NCBI GenBank assembly: GCA_040437565.1
Contig: JBDOQK010000029.1
Coordinates: 124,001 to 187,945, forward strand
Source: Albugo candida
Lineage: Eukaryota
Reading direction: 5' to 3'
Length of the DNA: 63,945 bases
Part shown: positions 13,111-24,543 of the stretch, one piece after another
Position numbering within the stretch: the first letter of the stretch is position 1
How the letters are laid out: every line of letters begins with the position of its first letter
Notes under the pieces: model-generated
What the model was told of the DNA's origin: nothing
The model's database searches: none
What the model saw: the letters and a program-made list of their open reading frames with translations, nothing else
Program-made: the position numbers and the translations under genes

Positions 13111-13600
13111 AGCGGGGCTTGCAACTTTACTGTAATTCACTTGAATTTTTGCGCATTAACTACAGCTTAGTCCTCTACAACACGTATTTGTAATATCAAA
13201 GCTGCTCATATAACGAGAAGAAGAACACGATTACGGTAATGGACACCTATGTGTCTTGCGCATTCACGGTTCGCTTCCATGCCCGCAGATTACGTATTCG
13301 GTAGTTCGGAAACGTTACCAAATTAATAACTTTGCGAGTCTTGCAGCTTTACTGTAATGCAAAAGGTTCACATGAACATTTGCGCACGTATTCTATAATA
13401 TCAAAGTTGTTCCCCTCCCGAGAACGAGAACACGATCACGGTAAGTACACCTATGTATCTTACGTGCATGTTTACGCTTCGCTTCTACACCCGCAGAGTA
13501 CGTATTCCATCGTTCGCAAACGTGACCATTCTAATATTATAGCGAGGCTTGCAACCTTACTGTAATCCTAAAGGTTCACTTGAATATTTTACGCATATAT
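13100..13600 (+). repeat. Tandem ~210-240-bp units (2 plus a partial) derived from the 5' end of the downstream candidate secreted-protein gene
   Basis: Recurring cttgcaac(t/c)ttactgtaat...gaacacgat(t/c)acggtaa...cacctatg...aaacgt blocks. Also found at 16260-16460 and 55480-55920. Confidence 0.75.
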
Positions 13601-13765
13601 AGTGCAAGTCACTTATAGCCAACAACCCCTATTTATGCGGCCAAATTTCAAATATCATGCAGCCTATACTTCTAACGTGCAAATAACCGGTTTTTTAGCC
13701 AATCAGGAGTAGTGTATGTAGGTAGGTTAATCAATCGCCATATCACTTCAGAGGTACATAACGCC

Positions 13766-16120
13766 CTTCTTATTTTTTGGACTAATAGCTCCCCAAAGTA
13801 GCCTTGCCACGTCTAAAAAACAAAGGATACACTTGTAGATGGCATCAATACATGCTGCAGAGAATAGAGAAAAAAGCAGAGAATTGAAGTACATGACGGG
13901 CATGAATTTGAAAGTAGCAGCGCCTACAGTAAAAATGAATCCCAGATGGAGAACGAAAATGAAGTGGAAGATGATGACATGTTTGTTGGGAATATTGAGA
14001 GAGCTGTCCTCCCAGAGCTAACCAACGAGAGCAACCGACCAGTGCGGTATCTGGGAAATTCGTCACGCACACAAAGGCGCAAGAAGGCGATGCTGAAGGA
14101 TGCTGCGAGAGGCACCAAACCGTTGACTGAATACTGGACACTGGCACCAATCTTTACAGAAGCTGGTGCTGAAGTGGATGTGCACAACGAAAATGATGCA
14201 GACTTGGATGATGAATCCGATGAATCCGATGAAGACGAGGGTACTAAGTGGACGAAAGCTGATATCAGTTTGACAGTTGAGGATCTGAGAAAACTAAATC
14301 GAAGGCCAAATGGGAAGAACAATGCAGCACATGCACGTGAAGCAGCGCTACTCGGGTACTTTCGACTACTCCAAAAAGGAAAAACGAAGAAAGCGGCAAG
14401 TTCCTTTATCTCAGATGCATCAGGAAGAGGGGTTTATTTTTCTATATCAATACGGACATGGGCCGGAACTTTTATGAAAGACGGGTCTCTGCCTCAGTCA
14501 AGCGATCAAGTTTTTTTTAGGACGAGGACTGTATCATTATCCTGCAGCAATACCTCCGTGCAGATAATTTCAATGTCGAAATTGCAACCTTGACGAAACA
14601 CACGAATGAAGAAATCCTCCCCGAGTTAGGCTACACTCCTTACCCAAAAATATCGGAACGAACGATGACGCGCTGGCTACAGTCCTTAGAGATAATATAC
14701 CGTAAAGTTGTGAGGGGGATTTACATCGATGGTCATGAAAGAGAAGATGTTATTGAGTATCGCCAAATCAAAAGTTCCTGGCCAGATTAGATAAACTTGA
14801 TGCTCGCATGCCTGTTTTCCTTGCAAAAGATGATAATTTCGAGAAAAACCAAGATGATGTAGTATGGCCAGCATCGAACATTCAACCACTTCTTCTGGTG
14901 ACCCATGATGAAAGTACGTTTGCTGCCAATGATGGGTTGAAGCGCCTTTGGATGCCGGATGGAGAACAACCATTGCGCAAGAAAGTCCAAGGGAGATCTA
15001 TTCATGTCAGTGACTTCCTTTGTCCAATTTCGGGACGCCTCGCCCTGGACGAAGAGAAAAAAGAGCAGTTTCCGACGCTGCCAGAACAAGCATGTGTCAT
15101 CATGCACCCTGGAATCCAGCACGATGGATGGTGGGAGGCAATAGACCTCTACAACCAGGTGCTTGATCGAGCAATCCTCATCTTTCAGGCACAATTTCCA
15201 GGCATGCAGGCCCTCTTTGCCTTTGTCAATGCCACCAGCCATGCTGCCTTTGCTGATGATGCGCTCTGTACAAACCGCATGAACCTGGGCCCTGGTGGCA
15301 AACAACATCTGATGCGGCTACGACTTGGGGAAATGGAATTTACCAGGAATGGTTTTTCCAGAAGATCATGCAGTTGAGAAACTTCGTAGCAAGGCAAAGG
15401 GTATCAAACTTGTCCTTGAAGAACGAGGACTTTGGCGTGCAGGCCTTACACTTGACTGTCGCGTGAAATGCTCTCCAACCAAACTGGACTGCTGTGCCAG
15501 AAAAATCATGGNNNNNNNNNNNNNNNNNNNNNNNNNNNNNNNNNNNNNNNNNNNNNNNNNNNNNNNNNNNNNNNNNNNNNNNNNNNNNNNNNNNNNNNNN
15601 NNNNNNNNNNNATCCAAAATTACATTGTGAACTCAACTTCATTGAGAACTTTTGGGGCTCTTCCAAGCGGTACGCACAGAAACACTGCAATAATTCATGG
15701 AGTGGACTAAGGGGCGTGGTGCCAAAAGCATTGGATTCGGTCAGTTTGCCTGAGATTAGGAACTACTATCAAAAATCTCACCGGTATATGGATGTTTACC
15801 GCAAAGAGTTAAGTGGTAAAGCTGCGGAATATGCCGTCAAAAGTACCGTTTCCACCGACGCGTACTAAATTCATTTCTGATGGACCTGAGCTGCCTCACG
15901 GCTTAATACTACACTAACAAGACCATACTTTCGGAGATTGTTTCTTAATTGATAACTTGTCATACATACTTAATAAAAAAGGTCGGTCCCAATAGTATTA
16001 TGTTATACAGTTTTTTCTGTATAATCATTGACTTTCAGGCAGCCAAATATCGCTCGTCCCATAGAAAATGGCCGTAATTAGCCGTATTTCGAAGCCCTAC
16101 TAGTCCAAAAAAAAAGAAAG
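13766..16120 (+). mobile_element. IS630/Tc1/mariner-superfamily DNA transposon with degenerate transposase (~13946-15868)
   Basis: IDGHEREDV, THDESTFAAND, AFVNATSH (second D lost), MNLGPGGKQ, KGIKLVLEERGLW and PKLHCELNFIENFWG motifs. Imperfect ~23-bp TIRs at 13766-13788 and 16097-16120. Confidence 0.8.
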
Positions 16121-16259
16121 TTACGAAGAATTGGCTTCCATTATCTTACAGCGTAGCGTATGTTCTTTAATATAATGGAATTCTTTTTTCTACATTAGAT
16201 CGTCTCTGTGAAGAGAAAGAATTCTTGTCTACCGAGTAAACGTGCTGGTTATAAGTGTC

Positions 16260-17690
16260 TTGCACTGTACTGTTATTAAACCTCCACATATGATACGTGA
16301 TGTGTAATATCGAAGTTGTTTACCTAACGAGGAGAACACGATTACGGTCCGTGCACCTATGTGCCTCACTTGCGCATTCACGGATTGCTTCCATGCCCGC
16401 AGAGAACGTATTCGTATAGTTCGCGAACGTTACCAATCTGTTAACTTACCGAGGCGTGCAACCTTTTGTGAATTCTTCCAACAATACAGCCCAACCCAAT
16501 GAACTGGTGGTTTACACCATCATGAAAGATTGTACATCATATTTCAATCTACGCTTGACAGTCAACACGATGAAGGTTCAACGACTAATAGCTCACTGCA
16601 TCGAAGTGCTTGGCTTCCCACCAATGTATCGTTATGTCATGAGCGGCTCAGCCATATATTTCGTAGTGTACAGCCTGAACACGATGAATTTTCTTGAGGG
16701 TTACAAGTGGAGATTGTGAGTACGAATTCGGGTTTCTATTGTTAGAAATTTGGCCAAGACTTAGGTTATAATCCTATGGCTACGAAATCGGATACATTTA
16801 TGATGGCGTTTTATCACTACAGTGACGATCTTGCGACTGTCTGAGCGTTTCTGGCCTTCCTTGAAAATCACATACCTTGGTCACGGCAATGATGTAAATG
16901 TTCCTTTTAGGCTTCAGTATATACACATACCTAGCTAACCTCCAGGACAAAATGCTCACTTGACGAATCACCTCCCTTATGATCCATTTACCAGGATCGT
17001 CACTCCCCACACCATGACAGATTGTTGGACTTTGTCCCTAACCCAACTAGAAAACTTTCGCACGAATAAGGTTATCCTGCACAATTCTGGCGCGACGATT
17101 TTTGATGCTGACAAGTTCGTTGATATGGCTCCGCGCGGAATCTATTTCTTCGAAGCGAATGAGAAAGAAGACACTCGCGTGCAATATTCAGATAATGAAC
17201 CCGGTGATTTCACACGAGGGCGAGTTAGTCTTCCCTGAGGTTTGAATAGGTAGAGAAATATTCCGTGACCAAAACTTCCACTTTCCTTCTTGGTCAAGAT
17301 ATGATCGAACTGTCAAAAGACGCTCTTGGGGAGGCCTTACGGTCTGTCGCAATGGATTACAGGTTACCAGGCAATTCTGACTCAAATGGTTTCCATCAGG
17401 GATTCCGTCTTCAAATTGTAAATCAATACACTCCCATTTATCGTTCTAGCGAAATCCCCGAATGGGTGTTGGGCGCTGAAATTTTGCGGACGGTCAAAAT
17501 CAGCATCAATACAATGGATGGCGAGAAAATGTTCCAAATAACCTCCTAATAGGAGAGCAATGAATGACGCTTGGCACGATCTGAGATTAGCGCAGCGTGG
17601 ACGAGTTATAGAAGGCTTGAAGCATCGCCTTATGAGAACTTCGTAGCAGAGAAAAGCGATTCAGATAGCGATAATGATGTTTCTCAATAG
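16260..17690 (+). pseudogene. Degenerate copy of an uncharacterised, probably secreted protein (paralogue of 53526-55357)
   Basis: Fragments MKVQRLIAHCIEVLGFPPMY, CWTLSLTQL..APRGIYFFE and WVLGAEILRTVKISINTMDGEKMFQIT align with the 55357 ORF. Internal stops. Confidence 0.75.
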
Positions 17691-17934
17691 ATCATCGGTG
17701 ATTGGGTGGCGCGTGAGAAATGTGATGTAGCACGATTTTGATAAAGTAATAGAGTGCTTCAAATCGACAAATATATTAATCTCTATAAAGGATATACAAC
17801 AGCAGCGCCGCTATAAATCCATTCGTTGGTTGGTGACGCCTTATTGCTGCAAGTGTATTGCATTTAGCTCAATCGTCTGATACCATTATAAGATTCGTTT
17901 TGAACCCGTTCGCTACATTTGCTCTGTTAAAAAA

Positions 17935-19980
17935 GGGAGCTGCTAACCGGACCCCACCCCCTTCTCACAATTGTTTTATATATTTAATAAACACCCCCCC
18001 TTGTTTAGGTTTATAAATGGGTTACATATTATTTTGTGCACATGCTGAACGGGACACCTTTTACCCTACACAACACATATGTGCTACATGATCACGACCT
18101 CTTCTCCACCTTAACGTCTTCCTGTTGGAATATGGTCGATTTGTGGTCCACGCGACATCGAAGTAGTTCAGCCACGGGCGACTGTCCGTCGCTATGACGT
18201 CATTGAACGCCCGTGCTGTATAAATAGTGCGCGATATTGTACTTTGTGTGCGGACAGGATACATAGGAAATGAACATGATAACCGTTAATAACAGTACAC
18301 ACATTTTTTTGCACCAAAACGAAGAGGCTGGGAGAATTTATACTTCCATCTCTGCTAACGAAGGCACAGTACAGCTCTCGAACTGCCACTTTCTCGTCAC
18401 GCTGTCCAACATTTCCTTATGGAAGACCCGCCCAGTGCATGTTACCCTTCTCTTAAAAAAGCAGAGAACGCGGTCAAAGCCTTTGCCATGCAGAACGGGT
18501 TCGCCGTAAACCGTGCTCGGTCAAAGCAAACAAGGCAGGCACGGAAATACGGGAGGTCTGGTTGAAATGTGCACCTGCCCGAGCACACAAAGTTGAAGGG
18601 AGCGGCCTTCATCGGACGTCAATAATAAAAACAAATTGCAAGTGGCAAGCTGTCATCCAGAGAACAATAGCGCCGATGAATGCCCCTATGCCTGAAATTT
18701 TGAAGTCCTCCCTGATGGGCATAGCGGGCACAATCCCGCAGAAGACCCTGCCGTATATGCGATAAACCGAGTCATACAAGCCGAACAAGAAGTGCAAGTG
18801 ATGAAAATGACAAAGGCTGGGGCGACACCTCGCGTAATCCTTGTGCCCCTTCGTCAGAATGACCCGTGTTGCTTACTGGTTGGAAATGATGTGTACAATA
18901 CCAAGCAGAGGATATGGCGATCAAAATCTGCCTCGTGATGTTTACTTTGACGAAGGTTCTAAACAACCTTTTCTAGGTAAGGACCTCTGCGCTGAACGAC
19001 CGACGACCAGTCGAGGCTCTTTTGGACCGTTTTGAGAAGGAAAAGATCTACCACAAGCTCCGCCAAAGCGATAGTGGAGAGTTGACTTGTTTATCCTTTG
19101 CTCCAACAACGGCTGTATCACCTACAGCGGGATTTACGGCAAATGCAGTGCGTAGCATAATCTTCAATGTTACAACAGTTATGCGTGCTTTTCCAATGAT
19201 CAGCCCCATTGTCTCTTTGGGCACACAGGTTTATATAATGGATTCAACGTACAAGACAAACAGGTATAGCTTGATGGTTTCGCTAAGCGTTACCAGCGTT
19301 AGGCGTAAGTAACGGTCGATATTATAGATATAAACTGCCGTTGCTGCATATCGTTGGGGTTACGCAAACAAACCAGACAGTATTGCTGTCTTACGCCTTC
19401 CTTTCCGAAGAAAGCGAAAGAGACTACGTATGGGCTCTGCGTCAATTTCGGGACTGCTTTGGGCATTTGCCTAGTTTCGGCAAAATAACTGTGGTCGNNN
19501 NNNNNNNNNNNNNNNNNNNNNNNNNNNNNNNNNNNNNNNNNNNNNNNNNNNNNNNNNNNNNNNNNNNNNNNNNNNNNNNNNNNNNNNNNNNNNNNNNCTT
19601 ATTGCTTGGGTGGGCTCAAACCGCTGCCCACACTGCCGGGGATCGAACTAACGACCTTCGGCAGGGGGTCCGTGCGTTCAAGTGCTTAACCGACTGAACT
19701 GGGTACGGACCCGTCCCTTTCCCATTTATTACACACCCTTTCAAACCAATCAGTAAATCAACAATAGATTCACCAGTCATAAATTTTATTATTTAAATTA
19801 TACGTCGATCGGAATTCTTGTCAACGCATCTCCCTTTACTAGAACTGAAATGCCGAATTCAACCCATAAACAAACCAAACAATCACAAGCTATTCACTCA
19901 TATTTGATTATGGGGGCGGGGTGTTTATTGAAATATATAAATATATGCGAGGAGAGGGGGGTGTCCGGTTTGCAGCTCCC
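17935..19980 (+). mobile_element. Mutator-like element (MULE) with TIRs and degenerate FAR1/MULE transposase
   Basis: ~65-bp TIRs starting GGGAGCTGC(T/A)AACCGGAC, with TAAAAAA flanking both ends. Motifs AFAMQNGFAV, DSTYKTNRY (intron) LPLLHIVGVT..SYAFLSEESERDYVWAL. Confidence 0.9.
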
Positions 19981-20040
19981 TAAAAAAACCTAAAAATATA
20001 AACCGCTACAGCTGACGGTCTTCTATTTGAAGATCACGAG

Positions 20041-20223
20041 ATGTGTGTGAAGATAGACTGTTCCACGTGCCATATAGCAACATGGAAAGGATGCGGCAAG
20101 CATATTGAAACCGAGTTAGCAGGTAGGAAATGATACTCTCATTCTCGCGCTAATCTAATATCATGACGTAGTGTCGGTGAAAAGGATCGGTTTCCGGCTC
20201 GGACCACTGGAAATCATCAGTAG
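20041..20223 (+). pseudogene. Two-exon ~44-aa Cys-rich mini-gene, copy L (1-nt loss at the acceptor junction)
   Basis: Exon 1 MCVKIDCSTCHIATWKGCGKHIETELA, GTAGG...CGTAG intron, exon 2 VGEKDRFPARTTGNHQ* one base out of frame. Confidence 0.75.
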
Positions 20224-20299
20224 AGATAGCTATCTCCATCATAAATCCCAACCAAACAATTCTTCTTGCTACAAAAGCGTGCTTTCGATCTGTATCACT

Positions 20300-21580
20300 T
20301 AGCGGTTTAAACCGTAACTCTCGACGCAGTCGTTTAGGACAGAGTCGGAACCGGAGAAGCCACGACCGTTGCAATGCTGACTATAGCTGTCACTGAGCTG
20401 CGATAGAATGTAATACGCAGTCGTCAATACCGAATCAGAAAGGATTAAGAAAGACCCGGCTCCTGAACGTGTGACGATAGCGCTCGTACTACCGTCAAAT
20501 TCAAATTCCACAGAGTTGCAGCAAGAACGACCAGTGACCCAATTACGAATTGATATCGACACAGTGCGTGGAACACTACTTTCTCGATTCATAAAAACCT
20601 ATTAGTATGGTTGGATCGTACTTCTCGTCAAACTGGTTGTTAGTGCTTCCTCGGGATTGTATCTAATGCACTATCAGGAAAGCTCACGGANNNNNNNNNN
20701 NNNNNNNNNNNNNNNNNNNNNNNNNNNNNNNNNNNNNNNNNNNNNNNNNNNNNNNNNNNNNNNNNNNNNNNNNNNNNNNNNNNNNNNNNNCGGTTTAAAC
20801 CGTAACTCTCGACGCAGTCGTTTAGGACAGAGTCGGAACCGGAGAAGCCACGACCGTTGCAATGCTGACTATAGCTGTCACTGAGCTGCGATAGAATGTA
20901 ATACGCAGTCGTCAATACCGAATCAGAAAGGATTAAGAAAGACCCGGCTCCTGAACGTGTGACGATAGCGCTCGTACTACCGTCAAATTCAAATTCCACA
21001 GAGTTGCAGCAAGAACGACCAGTGACCCAATTACGAATTGATATCGACACAGTGCGTGGAACACTACTTTCTCGATTCATAAAAACCTATTAGTATGGTT
21101 GGATCGTACTTCTCGTCAAACTGGTTGTTAGTGCTTCCTCGGGATTGTATCTAATGCACTATCAGGAAAGCTCACGGACACTTCCGTGATTTACGTGTAA
21201 AGCAGCCAGCTATGCTGTGCAATGCTTGTCGTGCTGTTCGTGTTCTGTCTCTACGGAGTTCATCAGCAACAAATGTGTGTGACCTTGGGAAAGCGAACAA
21301 TGATTACTTCGGTACGTTCTTATCAGTGAATAAATAGATGCAATGGATTCATGAACTTTCTGATTTTCAAGTCTGCCATTTTGAGCATTGGAGAGCGACT
21401 GCAGTGGCTGGCATTAGTCGAATTTATAGCAATGTTGCTTCGGATATTGCTCTATGCTAAATCCAGCGCATTTGAAACCGCCAAGTCCGATCTTCTGAGG
21501 TGGTCGTTGTGAGAATACCCCTCATATTCGCTTCTAAACCCCGACGTGTTGGCATTTATCTAGCTCGGGTAAATTATCGA
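20300..21580 (+). pseudogene. Degenerate gene fragment with hydrophobic stretches (20791-21178 re-reads 20303-20690 across a gap)
   Basis: Colinear inverted homology to 52265-53070; no intact ORF. Confidence 0.45.
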
Positions 21581-22201
21581 GCTTGCGGTACAAACTGGTA
21601 CAATCGGAATTCCAAAGTCGCGCGTGTTTCTTAGCTCGGTAAACGCTTTAGCGATGGGACCAACCTGCGACAAGTTTCTAACACGTGTCTAGACTCAGGC
21701 ATAGACCTATCTTATAAAAATCTCTAAATCCAACTTGCTTTGTCATTTTCTAGTGAGCATCGCTCTCATTGTAGCTATACCGGCCTCTTTTCGGCTCATC
21801 ATACACTAGCTTCAGTTGTCCAGTTGACTGTTTACCTATAGAATGACCACATTAGTAGAAATGGCTTTATTATAAATCTACAACGAGAACTTTTGCATTC
21901 CCCATACTTCAAGCGGGTGAAATCTGTTGCTTCGACAACTATCACAATTGTCTTGCATCGATTGAAACTCATCAAATGTCGCGTCCATACACATGCAAAT
22001 CATTGACATGTCTCATGCCCATCAAGACGCGCTGACAAAATTTCAACGGTGTCCCAATCTTTCGTCAATGCAAATTTCTAATAACATTTCAAATCCAGCT
22101 TTTCACGCGTGAAAAAATAAAGATCCTGCTAATCGAATGTTGCTTGATACGCATCAAAAGGCACTTGCATACTATAGTATCCACGAGCAAGGATCGTTTC
22201 C

Positions 22202-23459
22202 ATGCAATCGAGTTGTTCTGCGTTACTTTGCAATGAAGAATACGAATACGAAGTTGATTTGACAAGTAAGCATCAAGAAAGTGAATGTTACGACCATGTA
22301 CGTTTGTGGCTCGAATCAGGCTGCAATGCCAATTCTGATTGCTTATGTTGTTGTAGACTTGGCTACTGCAGGATGCAGAACGAAGGTACCAGCTCATGTT
22401 ACAGAAAGAGATTTGTCAAGATCGCTCTGTTTTCAGGTCTCACAAGGTAGTTGAGCATTCTGGTACCATACGAATACCTAGTGGCAGCTGAAGGTGCACT
22501 TGTAGTATCGAAATACATTGGTTGAGTGGATGTCGCAAGTAGGAGAGGAAACGAGAATTGAAAGATCAATAATTCACCCAGCCATAACGTACTTGGAGCG
22601 CTTCTTACAAGTATGCAAGAGCTTCAGTGTTGATTCACTTTCAATCCAGCATTATGTTTTTTGAATTTAGATCGATAAAAGTCCTTGTAAACGAGATTTG
22701 CAGCTCATTGGACTGTGTTGCATCATGATTGCAGCAAAATTCAATGGTTCAGAAAGTAAAGCTCCGTGTAGAAGGAATGTATGGGACTTTGGAAATCGTG
22801 CATACACGTGCAAAGAAATAAATCAGATGGAGCTTCGTATTTTGTCAAAGTGAGCACTGACCAGTGCACACTTCGCAACATGTGATAAATCATTTCGTCC
22901 AATGTAGCCTTTCATGGTGCTTGACCACTATCGAACCAATCCATTTTCTCGAATTCCACAAATCAAGAAACCTACTTTATCCTGATGATAAAGTATATGG
23001 CCATCCCATGATCTCCAAAATGTCGCAAGTCTACGACGATTACATTGATTTCTTCGTGGACTGCTGCCTTCAAGGTAAGACCTAATTTCCTGCTCGTGTG
23101 CTAATGGCTCACGTGGCGGTATCAGAGTACAAATTTCGTCCCTATCGTCCTTCAGTCATGGCCGCTAGCATTCTTGCAGTATCTCGAAAAGCTCTTCATA
23201 TTGCGTAAGTAGCAGCATCCATCTTCGTGCATTGTGCAATAAATCATGTTTTCGTAGACCACTCTGGAGGAAAGAACTACGGCTATTAACAGGGTACAAC
23301 GAAGGTCAAATCGCGCCATGTATTAGCTCGATTTGGTCCTACTACCAGTTGAACTTTAGTCATAGGCATAAACGGCCTCGTCTTGCGTCACCGACGAGCC
23401 CTTCTGACGTATCCTGCATAAGTAGCCGCGGCTTGATGCACGCTCAACGCATACAATAG
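22202..23459 (+). CDS. Cyclin (N- and C-terminal cyclin boxes), multi-exon
   Basis: YRNTLVEWMSQVGEE..AITYLERFLQ, LQLIGLCCIMIAAKF, AYTCKEINQMELRIL and YRPSVMAASILAVSR separated by GT-AG introns. The first exons are less certain. Confidence 0.9.
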
Positions 23460-23554
23460 AATCCCATTGCCAACCAATTAGCTTTGCACCACCGTCTATT
23501 GACGAAAGACCTTTCATCCAAACTAAATAAATCCGAGAATCAGCAACCAAAAAA

Positions 23555-24441
23555 ATGAGTGCAAATCGCACCATGACGCAACACACTGTCCAGCTATTTG
23601 AAGCAAGTAGAACAGGGGACCGCGAAAGCGTTTCAGCGCTGCTGGACTATGATAACGCTGATATAAATTGGCACTGCAAGCAAGCTGTTAGTGAAACTGA
23701 GTCGGAAGAAGTTCGTACTTTTCATTTTTTTTCTGACAGAAAGGAGCGACACCGCTCATCATCGCGATCGCGCATGGACACGTTGAGGTAGCGAAAGCTT
23801 TGGTTGAAGCAGGGGCAGACCTGCACCAAGTGAAGACACCTGTAAGCTTCCACATAATCCACAAAAGCACGAGCTAAATGAATGTAACAGGATCAAAACA
23901 GCCCTCTCCATGAAGCTGCGCTGAATGGGCAAGTACTTATATTACAACATATTTTGTATCATCTTCAAAGTGATCAAGATATGGTCTCCTTGGTCAACCT
24001 TCGCAATCAGGTTGGATTTTAAATTTGATTGAATCTTGATCTTGATCTTGCTGGCTGTAAATATTACTGCAGTTTGGCAACACTCCATTGCACAACGCCG
24101 CGCTAGCTGGTAGCCATAAATGTGTTGATGAGCTTCTTAAAGCGCACGCTGATGTCTCTATACGGAACGCGGTACGCAGAGAGATTGCTTTCTCGCGTAC
24201 ATTTCCTTCATAATCCGTTCTCAATCTGAACCAGAATGGATCCACTCCCTTGCATCATGCATGCTATAGCGAGAACGCGAATTGCTCTGTGATCAAATTA
24301 CTGGTAAATGCAGGATGCAATATCAACGAGGAAGATAATAATGGCAATACGCCTTTAATGGTAGCCAATAGACGAGGGCAGAAAGAAACCTCCAACTTCC
24401 TGCTGCAATGTAGTGCTGAACCGCTCTCCACGCCTTTGTAA
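23555..24441 (+). CDS. Ankyrin-repeat protein, multi-exon
   Basis: GATPLIIAIAHGHVEVAKALVEAGAD, NSPLHEAA, GNTPLHNAA, GSTPLHHAC and GNTPLMVA repeats. Confidence 0.92.
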
Positions 24442-24543
24442 ATATATCGTGGTCGTCTGCGTATATTTGTATTTCTATAACTTTTGACTATCATGTTTTT
24501 TGACTGTAAGTACGATATTTTGCAGCCATTCGACTAGAAAAAA

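Noticed and set aside
16325-16350. RxLR effector motif
   Set aside because: The sequence is RRTRLR, not R-x-L-R, and there is no dEER; kept only as a basic motif.
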